Shown here piece by piece: positions 37,245-64,000 of a stretch of DNA of 64,000 nucleotides (position 1 is its first letter; every line of letters starts with the position of its first letter). Under the pieces are notes generated by a model. It saw only the letters and a program-made list of their open reading frames with translations. It was not told where the DNA came from and searched no databases. Made by a program: the position numbers and the translations under genes. Source of the stretch: Pseudomonadota bacterium. Its GTDB lineage: Bacteria; Myxococcota_A; UBA9042. The stretch is taken from assembly GCA_041163625.1 (NCBI GenBank), contig JBEARB010000330.1, positions 10,194 through 74,193 on the forward strand. The letters run 5' to 3'.

Positions 37245-39453
37245 GCTCTCTCAACTGGAATGGACGCTCGATTGGGGACCGCTCGGCCTGCTCGCGGCCG
37301 CGACGCTGGGCGGTGCCGGCGTCTTGCTGGCCTGGCGCAACGCGCGCGGATTGCCGATCGGCCGCCGCGCGGTGCTGCTCGGCCTGCGCCTCGGGACGGT
37401 GCTCGGCTTGCTCGCGGCGATCTTGCAGCCGACCTGGGTCGAGCTACGTCCACGCCCGGACGACCGCAAGGTCGCGGTCCTCGTCGACGCGAGCCGCTCG
37501 ATGCGCCCGGGCGGGGACGACAGCCGGGCGCGCGCCGCGTCGGCCGCGGCGGCCGCCCTGGCGGCGCGGGTGCCGACGCGGCGCTTCGCGCTGGAGCCGG
37601 AGCCACGCGCCCTGGGCGACGGCGAATCCGCCGGCAGCGCCGCCGGCAGCACCGATCTGCTCGCCGCCCTGCGCGCGCTCGGGGAGGGCAGCCGGCCGGC
37701 CGGGATGACCTCGGTGGTGGTGGTCTCCGACGGCCGCGATCACGGTCCGCTCGGCGCCGGCGAGGGCAATACGGCCCTGGACGACGCGGTCTTGGCGCTC
37801 GGCGTCCCGGTACACACCGTGGCCATCGGCGATACCGACCGCCTGTCGGACGTCGTGGTCGGTGAAGTGCGCGCGTCTCGGTTCGCGTTGGCCCGCAATC
37901 CGCTGCCGATCGAGGTCGACCTGGATCTGGGCCGTTTCGCGGGTGGCTCGGGCAACCTCGAGCTGGTGTTGGAGCTCGACGGGGAGCCGATGCACAGCGA
38001 GCGGGTGACGCTCGAGGGCAGCGCACGGCGCAGCGTGGCGCTGGAGCTGACCCCGACGCAGACGGGTCCACACGTGCTGACGGTCCGCGCCGTCCCGCTA
38101 CCCGACGAGCTGACGGTCGCGAACAACCGCATCCACGTGCCGATCGAGGTGGTCCGCGACCGCGTTCGGGTGATGCACCTCGCGGGCCGGCCCTCACCGG
38201 ACACCCGTTTCCTGCGCTCGCTGCTGCGCGAGACCGAGAACGTGGATCTGGTGTCGTTCTACATCATGATCGGCAGGGCGGCCCGCGTCTTCGTCGATCC
38301 GGACGACACCACGCTCATCCCCTTCCCCACGACGCAGCTGTTCGAAGAGGCGCTGGCCGACTTCGACGTCGTGATCTTCCACGATTTCGCGTTCGCCCAA
38401 TACGGCATCGACCGCTTCGTCCCCACGCGCCTCGGTCCATGGATCGAACGCGGCGGCGCCTTCCTCAGCGTCGGCGGTCGGGGTTCGCTCGCCGCGGGCG
38501 GCTACGAAGCCACGAGCATCTGGCCGTGGATGCCGGTCGCGCTCGACAGCGCCGGCGCCGAGGCCTGGCGTGAGCAGACCTTCACGCCACAGCGCACCGA
38601 TATCGGCGCCGCCCACCCGATCACCGCGCTGCGCTCGACACCGCAGGAGAGCGAGGCGGCGTGGGCGGCGAGCACGCTGCCGGGCCACAACCTCCGCTTG
38701 CTGCCCCGTTCGGGTGATCCGGTGCTGCTGCAAGGCCCCGACGACGCCCCGCTGCTCGCTGTCGGGCAGCGGGGCAAGGGTCGAGTCGCGACGCTCGCGA
38801 CCGACGGCACCTGGACCTGGGCCTTCCCGACCGGGGCCGGACGGAGCCGGGTCGACGCGCGCGCCGACTACCACGCGCTGTGGAAGAACCTCCTCGGCTG
38901 GCTGCTGCGCGATCCGGCCTACGCCGAGCTGCGGATCCGCGCGCCGCGTGAGGCGGTGGCACCGGGAACGCCCTTCGAGATCCGCGTCGAGCTCCGGGGA
39001 CGCACGCGAGAGACCCGCGCCGGGGTCGAAATCACGCTCTCCGACCGGCCGCTGCCCGACGGAGCGCCGAGCCAATGGACGGGGCGCACCGGGCCGGACG
39101 GCGTGGCGCTGTTCACCTTGCCGGCCGGCCGATCCGGCCCGCATCGACTGCAAGCACGCGCCGAGGGCAGCGTCGACGTGCCGGCGGAAGCCGCCTACGC
39201 CGTCGCCGAGGGTGCTCCGGAGGATCTCGACCTGCGGCCCGACCCCGCCCTGCTCGGCCGCCTGGCCCGCGCCGGCGGCGGCCAGAGCGTGCACGACGTC
39301 GGCGAGCTCGACTCGGACGCCCTGCTCGGCCCGCGCGACCTCGGCCACGACCGCGTGCGCCACGAGCTCTGGGGCCACCCGCTGGTCGCCGCCCTGCTGC
39401 TCGCCCTGCTGCTCGCCGAGTGGTGGCTGAGGCGGCGCTGGGGTCTGGTCTGA
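37234..39453 (+). CDS. BatA-like VWA-domain membrane protein (second copy)
   Basis: The GTG start overlaps the upstream gene by 11 nt. N-terminal double-TM. VWA MIDAS (VAVLVDASRSM). Class-I glutamine-amidotransferase-like central region. C-terminal TM (LVAALLLALLLAEWWLRRRW). Confidence 0.7.
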   Translation: MLPELSQLEWTLDWGPLGLLAAATLGGAGVLLAWRNARGLPIGRRAVLLGLRLGTVLGLLAAILQPTWVELRPRPDDRKVAVLVDASRSMRPGGDDSRARAASAAAAALAARVPTRRFALEPEPRALGDGESAGSAAGSTDLLAALRALGEGSRPAGMTSVVVVSDGRDHGPLGAGEGNTALDDAVLALGVPVHTVAIGDTDRLSDVVVGEVRASRFALARNPLPIEVDLDLGRFAGGSGNLELVLELDGEPMHSERVTLEGSARRSVALELTPTQTGPHVLTVRAVPLPDELTVANNRIHVPIEVVRDRVRVMHLAGRPSPDTRFLRSLLRETENVDLVSFYIMIGRAARVFVDPDDTTLIPFPTTQLFEEALADFDVVIFHDFAFAQYGIDRFVPTRLGPWIERGGAFLSVGGRGSLAAGGYEATSIWPWMPVALDSAGAEAWREQTFTPQRTDIGAAHPITALRSTPQESEAAWAASTLPGHNLRLLPRSGDPVLLQGPDDAPLLAVGQRGKGRVATLATDGTWTWAFPTGAGRSRVDARADYHALWKNLLGWLLRDPAYAELRIRAPREAVAPGTPFEIRVELRGRTRETRAGVEITLSDRPLPDGAPSQWTGRTGPDGVALFTLPAGRSGPHRLQARAEGSVDVPAEAAYAVAEGAPEDLDLRPDPALLGRLARAGGGQSVHDVGELDSDALLGPRDLGHDRVRHELWGHPLVAALLLALLLAEWWLRRRWGLV

Positions 39454-39522
39454 GTCGGTAGCGACAACGGCCGGGTCCGGGCATGCTCGCCATCGCGCCC
39501 GTGGCCGGCGCGAGGAGGCAGG

Positions 39523-40749
39523 ATGTCCGAATTCGACGCCGGGATGCGAGCGCGAGGCAACGGCCCCGCTGGGTGCGGGTGGTTGGCGAGCGCTGCGGCG
39601 CTGATCGCGTTGCTCGGCCCCGGGCAAGCCGCCGCGAGCGCCGGCCTGGACAGCCTGGACTGCCCGACCATCGACCAGACGACGTGCCCCGCCCTGGCAC
39701 GCGCCCTGGAGCGCCCCGACGTCACGGTGGCCGAGCTGGGCGCCTGGCTGGCCCACGCGCCGGCCGACGGCATCAAGCTGCGGCGAGCCGCCGCGGTCCT
39801 CGGCATCATCGGCGGCGACACGGCCCGCGGGCACCTGGAGCAGGCCGCCAAGCGCCACGCCGCAGGTGCATTCGCGGTCGATTTGCAGGCCGCCGCCGCG
39901 CGCGCCGGATCGACGTCGGCGCGCGACGGCTTGGTGCAATCTGCGCGCTCCGGGGACACGCGCATCCGCCTGGTGGCGCTCTCGACGCTCGCCTCGCTGC
40001 GGCATCCGGAGGCGGCGGCGCTGGCCCGGGCAGCGCTCGACGCCACCGACGCACGTCTGGCGGCGACCGCCGCGCGCGCCCTGGGCAAGGTCGGAACCGG
40101 CGAAGACGGCGCCCGCCTGCTCGCGTTGGTCCGCGGCGCCGACACGCCGGCCTCGGTGCGCCGCGCCGCGCTCTGGGCGATGGCCCGCCTGAAGGACACC
40201 AGCGGCATGCTGGAAGCGACGCAGCTGGTCACGCACCCGGCCGCGTCGGTCGCCAACGCGGCGCTGGAGCTTCTCGCCGTGGCCCCTCCGGTCTGGTCCT
40301 CGCCCGCGATTCGCTGGGCCCTCGAGCAACCGGCACTGCAGCAGGCGGCTGCGTTGCCAGCCGCGGCGATGAAGGACGAGACGGTCTCCGGCGTCGCGCT
40401 GCGCGCCGCGGTGGTCCCGGGCGTGCCGCTGGCGCGCTACCGGGCGCTCATCGACGCCGCCGCCAGCGCGCCGGTCGCCGGCGCCGCCGCCCGCCTGCTC
40501 GATCACGCCGAGACGCTCGACGAGGCCGGCAAGGTCGCCACGCTGCGCACGGTCGCGCGGATGAACGACCGAAGCGTGGTACCGCGGCTGGTCGAGAGCC
40601 TCGTGAGCGCGCGCTCGCAGGTTGCCAATTTCACGGTCTACGCGCTAGAAGCGCTCACGGGCGAGCGCCTCGGCGGCGACCTGCAGGCCTGGCGCGCGTG
40701 GCTGCGAGGCAGCAAGCCGGCGCGACCGGACGCCCCGCCCAGCCCCTGA
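39523..40749 (+). CDS. secreted HEAT-repeat (PBS-lyase-like) protein
   Basis: GGAGG SD and a signal peptide. Repeated HEAT-like units ([44 protein letters not shown]...). Confidence 0.6.
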   Translation: MSEFDAGMRARGNGPAGCGWLASAAALIALLGPGQAAASAGLDSLDCPTIDQTTCPALARALERPDVTVAELGAWLAHAPADGIKLRRAAAVLGIIGGDTARGHLEQAAKRHAAGAFAVDLQAAAARAGSTSARDGLVQSARSGDTRIRLVALSTLASLRHPEAAALARAALDATDARLAATAARALGKVGTGEDGARLLALVRGADTPASVRRAALWAMARLKDTSGMLEATQLVTHPAASVANAALELLAVAPPVWSSPAIRWALEQPALQQAAALPAAAMKDETVSGVALRAAVVPGVPLARYRALIDAAASAPVAGAAARLLDHAETLDEAGKVATLRTVARMNDRSVVPRLVESLVSARSQVANFTVYALEALTGERLGGDLQAWRAWLRGSKPARPDAPPSP

Positions 40750-40763
40750 CTCGGAGGTCCCCA

Positions 40764-41435
40764 ATGGCCTTGGATCGCAACCAGATCGCAGCCCGCGTGG
40801 CGCGTGAGCTGCGCGACGGCTTCTACGTCAACCTCGGCATCGGCATCCCGACGCTCGTGGCGAACTTCATCCCCGACGGCATGGACGTGGTGCTGCAGAG
40901 CGAGAACGGCATGCTCGGCATCGGCCCCTTCCCGTACGAGGGCGAGGAAGACCCGGACCTGATCAATGCCGGCAAGCAGACGATCACCGAGATCCCCGGC
41001 TCGGTCTACTTCAGCTCCGCCGAGTCGTTCGCGATGATCCGCGGCGGCCACGTCGACCTGACCGTGCTCGGCGCGATGGAGGTCAGCAGCGGCGGCGACA
41101 TCGCCAACTGGATGATCCCCGGCAAGGTGGTCAAGGGCATGGGCGGCGCGATGGATCTGGTCGCCGGCGCGCGCCGCGTCGTCGTCACCATGACCCACAC
41201 CGACAAGGCCGGAAATCCGAAGCTCCTGCAAGCGTGCACCCTGCCGCTGACCGGCAAAGCCTGCGTGCATCGCGTGGTGACCGACCTCGCCGTCATCGAC
41301 ATCGAGCCGCGCGGCTTCGTGCTCCGCGAGCTCGCCCCGGGCGTCGACGAGGCCGAGATCCGGGCGAAGACCGGCGCGCCGCTGCACATCGACGGCCCGG
41401 TCGGCAGCATGGTCGGGGAGCCCGTCGCCGGATGA
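40764..41435 (+). CDS. scoB: succinyl-CoA:3-ketoacid CoA transferase subunit B
   Basis: Catalytic-Glu motif ([13 protein letters not shown]) and GMGGAMDLV. 223 aa. Confidence 0.85.
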   Translation: MALDRNQIAARVARELRDGFYVNLGIGIPTLVANFIPDGMDVVLQSENGMLGIGPFPYEGEEDPDLINAGKQTITEIPGSVYFSSAESFAMIRGGHVDLTVLGAMEVSSGGDIANWMIPGKVVKGMGGAMDLVAGARRVVVTMTHTDKAGNPKLLQACTLPLTGKACVHRVVTDLAVIDIEPRGFVLRELAPGVDEAEIRAKTGAPLHIDGPVGSMVGEPVAG

Positions 41436-42520
41436 GCCGCAGCCCCATCGACCGGCTGGTCGTCTGCGTCATGGCCGGCGGCAGCGGCACGCGCTTCTGG
41501 CCGGTCTCGCGCACCGCGCGCCCGAAGCAGCTGCTGCCGCTGCTCGACGGCGCGACGCTGCTCGGTGCCACCATCGATCGGGTCGCCGAGCTCTGCCCGC
41601 CGGAGCGGACGCTCGTCGTCACCGCCGAGCGCCTCGCCGACGCCACCCGCGCTGCGCTGCCCGGGCTGCCACCCGAGCAGGTGCTGGCCGAGCCGACGCC
41701 GCGCAACACCGCGCCCTGCCTCGGTCTCGCCGCCATCGCCGCCGCGCAGCTCGCCCCCGACGCCATCCTCTGCCTGCTGCCGGCCGACCACCACGTCGCC
41801 GACGGCGAGGCCTTCCGCGCCGCGCTCGCCACCGCCGCCCACGCCGTCGCCGACGGCGGCATCGCCACGCTCGGCGTCGTGCCGACCCACCCCGAGACCG
41901 GCTACGGCTACATCGAGGTCGGCCGCGACCGCGGCGACGGCAGTAGCGACGTCGTGCGCTTCGTCGAGAAGCCCGACCTGCCGCGCGCGATGGACTTCCT
42001 CGCCGGCGGCCGCCACCTCTGGAACGCCGGCATCTTCCTCGGCCGCGCAGACGTGCTGCTCGCCGCGGTCGATGCGACGCTGCCCGCGCTCGGCGAGGCG
42101 CTGCGCCCGCTGCGCAACGACGCGGCCGGCCCCTACCACGGCCCGGCCTTCCGCGACGCGCTCGCCGCCTGCTTCGGCGCGAGCCCCTCGATCAGCATCG
42201 ACCACGGCATCATGGAGCACCGCGACGACCTCTGCGTCGTGCCGCTGCAAGCCGGCTGGAGCGACGTCGGCTCGTGGCGCAACGTCCGCGACCTCGGTGT
42301 CGACGACGAAGGCAACTACCGCGACGGCGACACCTTCGCCCTCGATTGCCACGATTGCGTGGTCGTCAGCGACGGCCCCTTCGTCGCCGCCATCGGCCTG
42401 CAGGGCGTCGGCGTCGTGGCGCGCGGCGACGCCGTGCTGGTGCTGCCGCTCGACCGTTCCCAGGATGTCCGCGCCGTGGTCGCCGAGCTGCAGGCCCGCG
42501 GTCGCCACGACCTGCTCTAG
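41432..42520 (+). CDS. manC: mannose-1-phosphate guanylyltransferase
   Basis: The ATG overlaps the scoB stop (ATGA). NTP-transferase motifs ([12 protein letters not shown], ...GYGYIE...). No PMI domain. 362 aa. Confidence 0.8.
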   Translation: MSRSPIDRLVVCVMAGGSGTRFWPVSRTARPKQLLPLLDGATLLGATIDRVAELCPPERTLVVTAERLADATRAALPGLPPEQVLAEPTPRNTAPCLGLAAIAAAQLAPDAILCLLPADHHVADGEAFRAALATAAHAVADGGIATLGVVPTHPETGYGYIEVGRDRGDGSSDVVRFVEKPDLPRAMDFLAGGRHLWNAGIFLGRADVLLAAVDATLPALGEALRPLRNDAAGPYHGPAFRDALAACFGASPSISIDHGIMEHRDDLCVVPLQAGWSDVGSWRNVRDLGVDDEGNYRDGDTFALDCHDCVVVSDGPFVAAIGLQGVGVVARGDAVLVLPLDRSQDVRAVVAELQARGRHDLL

Positions 42521-42527
42521 AGGACCG

Positions 42528-43892
42528 ATGAATCCGCATATCTTCCGGGCCTACGATATCCGCGGCAAGGCCGACCGCGACCTGCCCGACGACGTCGTGC
42601 GCGCCATCGGCCAGGCCTTCGCCACCGTCATCGTCCGCCGCGGGCTGCTGCGCCAGGTCGCCGTCGGCCGCGACGCGCGCCTCTCGAGCCCGCGCATCCG
42701 CGACGCCCTCTCCGAAGGCCTGCGCGCGGGTGGCTGCGACGTCCTCGACGTGGGCTTGGTGCCGACGCCGCTGGTCTACTTCGCCGCCTACACGCGCGAG
42801 GTCGGCGGCGCCGTGATGGTCACCGGCAGCCACAACCCCGGCGACGAGAACGGCCTGAAGATGGTCATCGACAAGGCTGCCCTGTTCGGCGACGACATCG
42901 CCGAGCTGCAGCGCATCGCGCGCGAGGGCGACTTCGAGCACGGCACGGGCATCGACCGCGGCATCGAGGTCGTGCGGCCGTACGTCGACCAGCAGAAGCT
43001 GATGGTCGAGTTCGGCCCCCGGCGGCTGAAGGTCGTCGTCGACGCCGGCAACGGCCCGACCGGCCCGCTCGCTCCGGGGCTGCTCGAAGACCTCGGCATC
43101 GACGTGGTGCCGCTCTACTGCGAGCTCGACGGCACCTTCCCGAACCACCACCCCGATCCGACCGTCGAGGAGAACCTGCTCGACCTGCGCGCGGCCGTCG
43201 CGGCCCACGGCGCCGACCTCGGCGTCGCCTACGACGGCGACGGCGACCGCATCGGCGTGCTCGACGAGCAGGGCAACGTCGTCTGGGGCGACCGCCTGCT
43301 CGCCTTGTTCGCGCGCGCGCTGCTCGCCGAGGTCCCCGGCGCGGCCATCGTCGCCGAGGTCAAGTGCAGCGACGTGCTCTTCGACGATATCGCCAAGCAC
43401 GGCGGCCGCCCGATCATGGGTCAGGTCGGCCACAGCTTGATCAAGGCGCGGATGAAGGCCGAGGGCGCGCTGCTCGCCGGCGAGATGAGCGGACACATCT
43501 TCTTCGCGCACCGCTATTTCGGCTACGACGACGCGATCCACGCCACGCTGCGGCTGCTCGAGATCTTGACCCACGGCGAGGCGCCCCTCTCCGCGCTGCT
43601 GGCCGATCTGCCGGCGACGGTGGCGACGCCCGAGCTGCGCTTGAATTGTCCGGACGCCCATAAATTCGCGATCGTCGCGCACGTCCGCGACCAATTCGCC
43701 GGCCGCCTGCCGACCGTCGACATCGACGGCGTGCGCGTCCGCTTCGACGACGGCTGGGGCCTGGTCCGCGCCTCGAACACCGGCCCCGTCCTGGTGATGC
43801 GCTGCGAAGCCTCGACCGCCGAGGCCTGCGCCGCCAACGAGGCCACCCTGCGCGAGGCCGTCGCCCGCGCGACCGCGGAGCTGGTGCCATGA
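42528..43892 (+). CDS. phosphomannomutase / phosphoglucomutase
   Basis: Active-site motif TGSHNP, metal loop AYDGDGDR, and GEMSGH. 454 aa. Confidence 0.85.
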   Translation: MNPHIFRAYDIRGKADRDLPDDVVRAIGQAFATVIVRRGLLRQVAVGRDARLSSPRIRDALSEGLRAGGCDVLDVGLVPTPLVYFAAYTREVGGAVMVTGSHNPGDENGLKMVIDKAALFGDDIAELQRIAREGDFEHGTGIDRGIEVVRPYVDQQKLMVEFGPRRLKVVVDAGNGPTGPLAPGLLEDLGIDVVPLYCELDGTFPNHHPDPTVEENLLDLRAAVAAHGADLGVAYDGDGDRIGVLDEQGNVVWGDRLLALFARALLAEVPGAAIVAEVKCSDVLFDDIAKHGGRPIMGQVGHSLIKARMKAEGALLAGEMSGHIFFAHRYFGYDDAIHATLRLLEILTHGEAPLSALLADLPATVATPELRLNCPDAHKFAIVAHVRDQFAGRLPTVDIDGVRVRFDDGWGLVRASNTGPVLVMRCEASTAEACAANEATLREAVARATAELVP

Positions 43893-44182
43893 CGGTCCAC
43901 GTCGACCAGGCCCTGCTGCAACACGTCGCCAAGCTCGCGCGGATCGAGGTCGCCTCCGAGCAAGCCGCCGCCACCACCGCCGCCTTCGCCGCAATGGTCG
44001 CCATGGCCGAGCGCCTCGCCGACGTCGAGGTTGGCGACCTCGAGCCAATGCAGCATCCGGACCACCCCTATCCCGACGCCCGCGCCGACGAGGCCGGCGC
44101 GGTCTTGCCGCCGCAGGCGCTCGAGGCCAACGCGCCGCGTTTTGGCGCCGGCGGCTTCGTCGTCCCCCGCGTGGTCGAGTAG
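43889..44182 (+). CDS. gatC: Asp/Glu-tRNA amidotransferase subunit C
   Basis: The ATG overlaps the upstream stop (ATGA). The 97-aa GatC-like sequence sits immediately before gatA. Confidence 0.8.
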   Translation: MTVHVDQALLQHVAKLARIEVASEQAAATTAAFAAMVAMAERLADVEVGDLEPMQHPDHPYPDARADEAGAVLPPQALEANAPRFGAGGFVVPRVVE

Positions 44183-44194
44183 GCAGGAGCCCGC

Positions 44195-45673
44195 ATGAGC
44201 CGAGAGACCCCGCCGATGGGCGTGTTGGCGACCGCCCAGGCCATCGCCCGAGGGGAGCAGAGCGCCGAGGCCGCCACCCGCGCGGCCCTGGACGCTGCCG
44301 ACGCCCACGCCGACCTCGGCGCCTTCGTGGAGCTCGACGCCGACGGCGCCCTCGAGACCGCCCGCGCCGTCGACGCCGCCCGCGCCCGCGGCGAGGCGCT
44401 CGGCCCGCTCGCCGGCGTGCCGATCTCGCTCAAGGACAATATCGCCGCGCGCGATTGGGCGCTCTCGGCCGGTTCACGCATGTTGGCGGGCTACCGCAGC
44501 CCCTTCGACGCCACCGTCACCGAGCGGCTGCGCGCCGCCGGTGCCGTGCTGCTCGGTCGCGTGAACATGGACGAGTTCGGCATGGGCTCGGCCACCACGA
44601 CCGGCGTCGCCGGCCCGGCCCGCAACCCCTGGGACGCCGAGCGCGTCGCCGGCGGCTCCTCGGGCGGGTCGGCCGTGGCGGTCGCCATCGGCGCGGGCGC
44701 CGCCTCGCTCGGCACCGACACCGGCGGCTCGGTGCGACTGCCCGCGGCGCTCTGCGGCGTCGTCGGCCTGAAGCCGACCTACGGCCGCGTCTCGCGCTAC
44801 GGCGTCGTCGCCTACGCCAGCTCGCTCGAGCAGGTCGGCGTGCTCGCCCGCGACGTCGACGGCGCCGCGGCCGTGCTCGCCGCCATCTCGGGTGCCTGCC
44901 CGCTCGACGCGACCGCCGCGCCGCTGCCGCCGTTCAGCCCGCGGAGCTCCGATGGAGCCGACGCCGCAGGCTTGCGCATCGGCGTCCCCGAGGGCTTCGT
45001 CGACAAGGCCCGCGCCGCCGATCCGGCCGTGGCCGAGGCCATCGACGCCGCACTCGCCGGCCTCCGCGACGCCGGCGCGACGCTGGTGCCCGTTCGCCTC
45101 GAAGAGCTCGATGCGGCCGTCGCGGCCTATTACGTCATCGCCACGGCCGAAGCCTCGACCAACCTCTCGCGCTACGACGGCGTGCGCTATGGTCACCGTA
45201 CCAGCGAGACCGGGCTCGGCCTCGGCGAGTTGATCGCGCGCAGCCGCACCGAAAGCTTCGGCGACGAGGTCCAGCGGCGCATCCTGCTCGGTACCTTCGC
45301 GCTCTCGGCCGGCTACCACGACGCCTTCTACGCGCGCGCCGGCCAGGTCCGTCGCAAGCTCGCGAACGCGGTCGCCGGGGCATGGGACGATTGCGACGTG
45401 CTCGCGATGCCGACGAGCCCCGTACGCGCCTGGCGCCTGGACCAACGCTTCGACGATCCGACCGCCGTCTACGCGATGGACGTCTTCACGGTGCTCGCGA
45501 ACCTCTGCGGCCTGCCCGCGCTCAGCGTCCCCGTGCGCTCGGCGGGAGACGCCATGCCGATCGGGCTGCAGTTCATGGCGCCGGCGTTCGAGGAGGCCAC
45601 GTTGGTGCGAGCCGGTCGCGCTGTGCAGGCGTGGCGCGGGGCGCTGCCGATGCCGACGGGAGGCCCGCGATGA
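44195..45673 (+). CDS. gatA: Asp/Glu-tRNA amidotransferase subunit A
   Basis: Amidase signature (GGSSGGSAVAVA, ...GTDTGGSVRLPAA). Confidence 0.9.
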   Translation: MSRETPPMGVLATAQAIARGEQSAEAATRAALDAADAHADLGAFVELDADGALETARAVDAARARGEALGPLAGVPISLKDNIAARDWALSAGSRMLAGYRSPFDATVTERLRAAGAVLLGRVNMDEFGMGSATTTGVAGPARNPWDAERVAGGSSGGSAVAVAIGAGAASLGTDTGGSVRLPAALCGVVGLKPTYGRVSRYGVVAYASSLEQVGVLARDVDGAAAVLAAISGACPLDATAAPLPPFSPRSSDGADAAGLRIGVPEGFVDKARAADPAVAEAIDAALAGLRDAGATLVPVRLEELDAAVAAYYVIATAEASTNLSRYDGVRYGHRTSETGLGLGELIARSRTESFGDEVQRRILLGTFALSAGYHDAFYARAGQVRRKLANAVAGAWDDCDVLAMPTSPVRAWRLDQRFDDPTAVYAMDVFTVLANLCGLPALSVPVRSAGDAMPIGLQFMAPAFEEATLVRAGRAVQAWRGALPMPTGGPR

Positions 45674-47127
45674 AGGGCGATTGGGAGATCGTCGTCGGCC
45701 TCGAGGTGCACGCGCAGCTGGCTACGCGAAGCAAGCTGTTCAGCGTCGCGCCGACCGCCGAGGCCGAAGGCCCGAACCACGCGGTGACGCCACTCTGCGC
45801 CGGGCTGCCCGGCACCCTTCCTCGGATCAACGGCGAGGCCCTGCGCTTGGCCGCGCGGGCGGGGCTCGGTCTCGGTTGTCAGATCCGCGACACGCTGTGG
45901 ATGGCGCGCAAGAGCTATTTCTACGCCGATCTGCCGAAGGGCTATCAGATCTCGCAGCACGACCGGCCGCTCTGCCACGACGGTGAGCTGCACTTCCTGC
46001 TCGAAGGCCAGCCGCAGGTCCTCGAGATCGAGCGCATCCACCTCGAAGAAGACGCCGGCAAGAGCGTGCACGACGCGCTCCCCGGCGCCACGGTCGTCGA
46101 CCTGAACCGCGCCGGCGTGCCGCTGATCGAGATCGTCTCTCGACCAGGTCTGCGAAGCGCCGAAGCCGCCGCCGCCGCCTTCGCCGAGCTACGCCTCGTC
46201 TTGATGCACCTCGGCGTCTGCGACGGCTCACTCGAGTCCGGCTCAATGCGCTGCGACGCCAACGTCTCGGTTCGACCGCGCGGCGAGACGACGCTTCGGA
46301 CCCGCTGCGAACTGAAGAACCTCAACTCGCTGCGCGCCGTCCGCGAGGCCGTGTCTTTCGAAGCGCAACGGCAACGCATCGCCTGGGAATCGGGCGAAGG
46401 CGTCGTGCAGCAGACTCGTCTGTGGGACGCCGACGCCGGTCGCACCCGCGCGATGCGCGGCAAAGAGGACGCCGCCGACTATCGCTACATGCCCGACCCC
46501 GACCTCCCGCCGCTGCCGGTTCCGAAGGCGTGGGTCGCGGGGCAGCGGGAGACGCTACCGCCGCTACCGATGGAGCTCCGCCGCACGCTCGGCGAGACGC
46601 TCGGCTTGGCCGAGGACCACGTCGCGCTCTTGCTCGACGATCCCTCGCTGCTCGGGGTACTCGGCCCGCGGCTGCTCGCCGACGCCGAGACTGCACGATC
46701 GCTGGCTGGTTTCCTCTTCGGCACACTCGCCGGCGTGCTCCGAAAGCGCGAACTCGAGCTCGGCGCGGTGTTGCCTGCGCTCGAGGCGCTCGTCGCCATC
46801 CACGACCGCTGGCGCGCCGGTTCGCTCAGCAACAAGATGCTCGGCGAAGTCCTGCAAGCCGGTGCCGATGGCGCCTACGCCATCCCGGCGACTTGGGAGA
46901 CGGCGTTGGCCGACGCGGGCAGCACCGTCAGCGACGCGAGCGCGCTGCAGCCGCTGATCGACGGCCTGATTGCGGCGCACCCTGCCGAAGTCGAGCAATA
47001 CCGCAGCGGCAAGACCAAGCTCTTCGGCTTCTTCATGGGGCTGGCGATGCGCGCCACCGCTGGCAAGGCCGACGCAGCGATGTTGCGCGCGCTAATGCAG
47101 CGCGCCCTCGACGCATCCGCCGACTGA
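45670..47127 (+). CDS. gatB: Asp/Glu-tRNA amidotransferase subunit B
   Basis: The ATG overlaps the gatA stop (ATGA). GatB N-terminus (WEIVVGLEVHAQL) and C-terminal YqeY-like domain. 485 aa. Confidence 0.9.
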   Translation: MKGDWEIVVGLEVHAQLATRSKLFSVAPTAEAEGPNHAVTPLCAGLPGTLPRINGEALRLAARAGLGLGCQIRDTLWMARKSYFYADLPKGYQISQHDRPLCHDGELHFLLEGQPQVLEIERIHLEEDAGKSVHDALPGATVVDLNRAGVPLIEIVSRPGLRSAEAAAAAFAELRLVLMHLGVCDGSLESGSMRCDANVSVRPRGETTLRTRCELKNLNSLRAVREAVSFEAQRQRIAWESGEGVVQQTRLWDADAGRTRAMRGKEDAADYRYMPDPDLPPLPVPKAWVAGQRETLPPLPMELRRTLGETLGLAEDHVALLLDDPSLLGVLGPRLLADAETARSLAGFLFGTLAGVLRKRELELGAVLPALEALVAIHDRWRAGSLSNKMLGEVLQAGADGAYAIPATWETALADAGSTVSDASALQPLIDGLIAAHPAEVEQYRSGKTKLFGFFMGLAMRATAGKADAAMLRALMQRALDASAD

Positions 47128-47166
47128 GCACGGCCGATTCCTGACCGTCCGGGTGGAGAGGCACGC

Positions 47167-47200
47167 GCCTCCCACGCCCGCGCAGCCGCGGGCGTGGGAG
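47167..47200. terminator. perfect 15-bp GC-rich palindrome with 4-nt loop (bidirectional terminator candidate)
   Basis: cctcccacgcccgcg-cagc-cgcgggcgtgggagg. It lies between convergent gatB (stop 47127) and the giant gene (stop 47211). There is no clear U-tract. Confidence 0.45.
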
Positions 47201-47210
47201 GTCATTCGCG

Positions 47211-64000
<16,790 letters not shown>

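Overview
This 64-kb window has very high GC content (about 70%) and the protein families point to a myxobacterial-type (Myxococcota) chromosome. The evidence is MopE-type putative metal-binding repeats, myxobacterial Cys-rich repeats, a Ser/Thr kinase next to an FHA/sigma-54 activator, and many lipoproteins. Nearly all of it is coding, and I call about 40 protein-coding genes.

Housekeeping genes:
- thiolase, gltX, gmk, a yicC-family protein and folK
- uvrB, a split scoA/scoB CoA-transferase pair, manC/manB and gatCAB

Bat-like module (minus strand):
- A long minus-strand operon, in transcription order: a 774-aa membrane protein with a highly charged region, a MoxR AAA+ ATPase, a DUF58 protein, a BatA-like VWA protein, a BatB-like double-VWA protein, and then a radical-SAM/SPASM enzyme.
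- On the plus strand sits a mirror partial module: a Tat-secreted DUF4159-like protein, a BatA-like VWA protein and a HEAT-repeat protein.

Small genes between the Bat operon and the regulator:
- A stand-alone sigma-70 region-4 homologue whose -35-contacting arginines are replaced.
- A 54-aa basic protein.
- Each has a strong ribosome-binding site and its own terminator-like hairpin.

Giant gene:
- A single minus-strand ORF runs from 47211 to the window edge, at least 16.8 kb and more than 5590 codons.
- It is a mosaic: N-terminal Cys-rich repeats, about 30 MopE-type units, an embedded C-type lectin domain, a poly-Gly beta-helix-like segment, about nine copies of an unrecognised ~200-aa repeat, and a C-terminal PPC domain.

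No rRNA, tRNA, CRISPR array, transposase or integrase was recognised. Many long shadow ORFs in the track are GC-bias artefacts. Domain assignments come from motif recognition by eye, and start sites and coordinates are +/- a few nucleotides.
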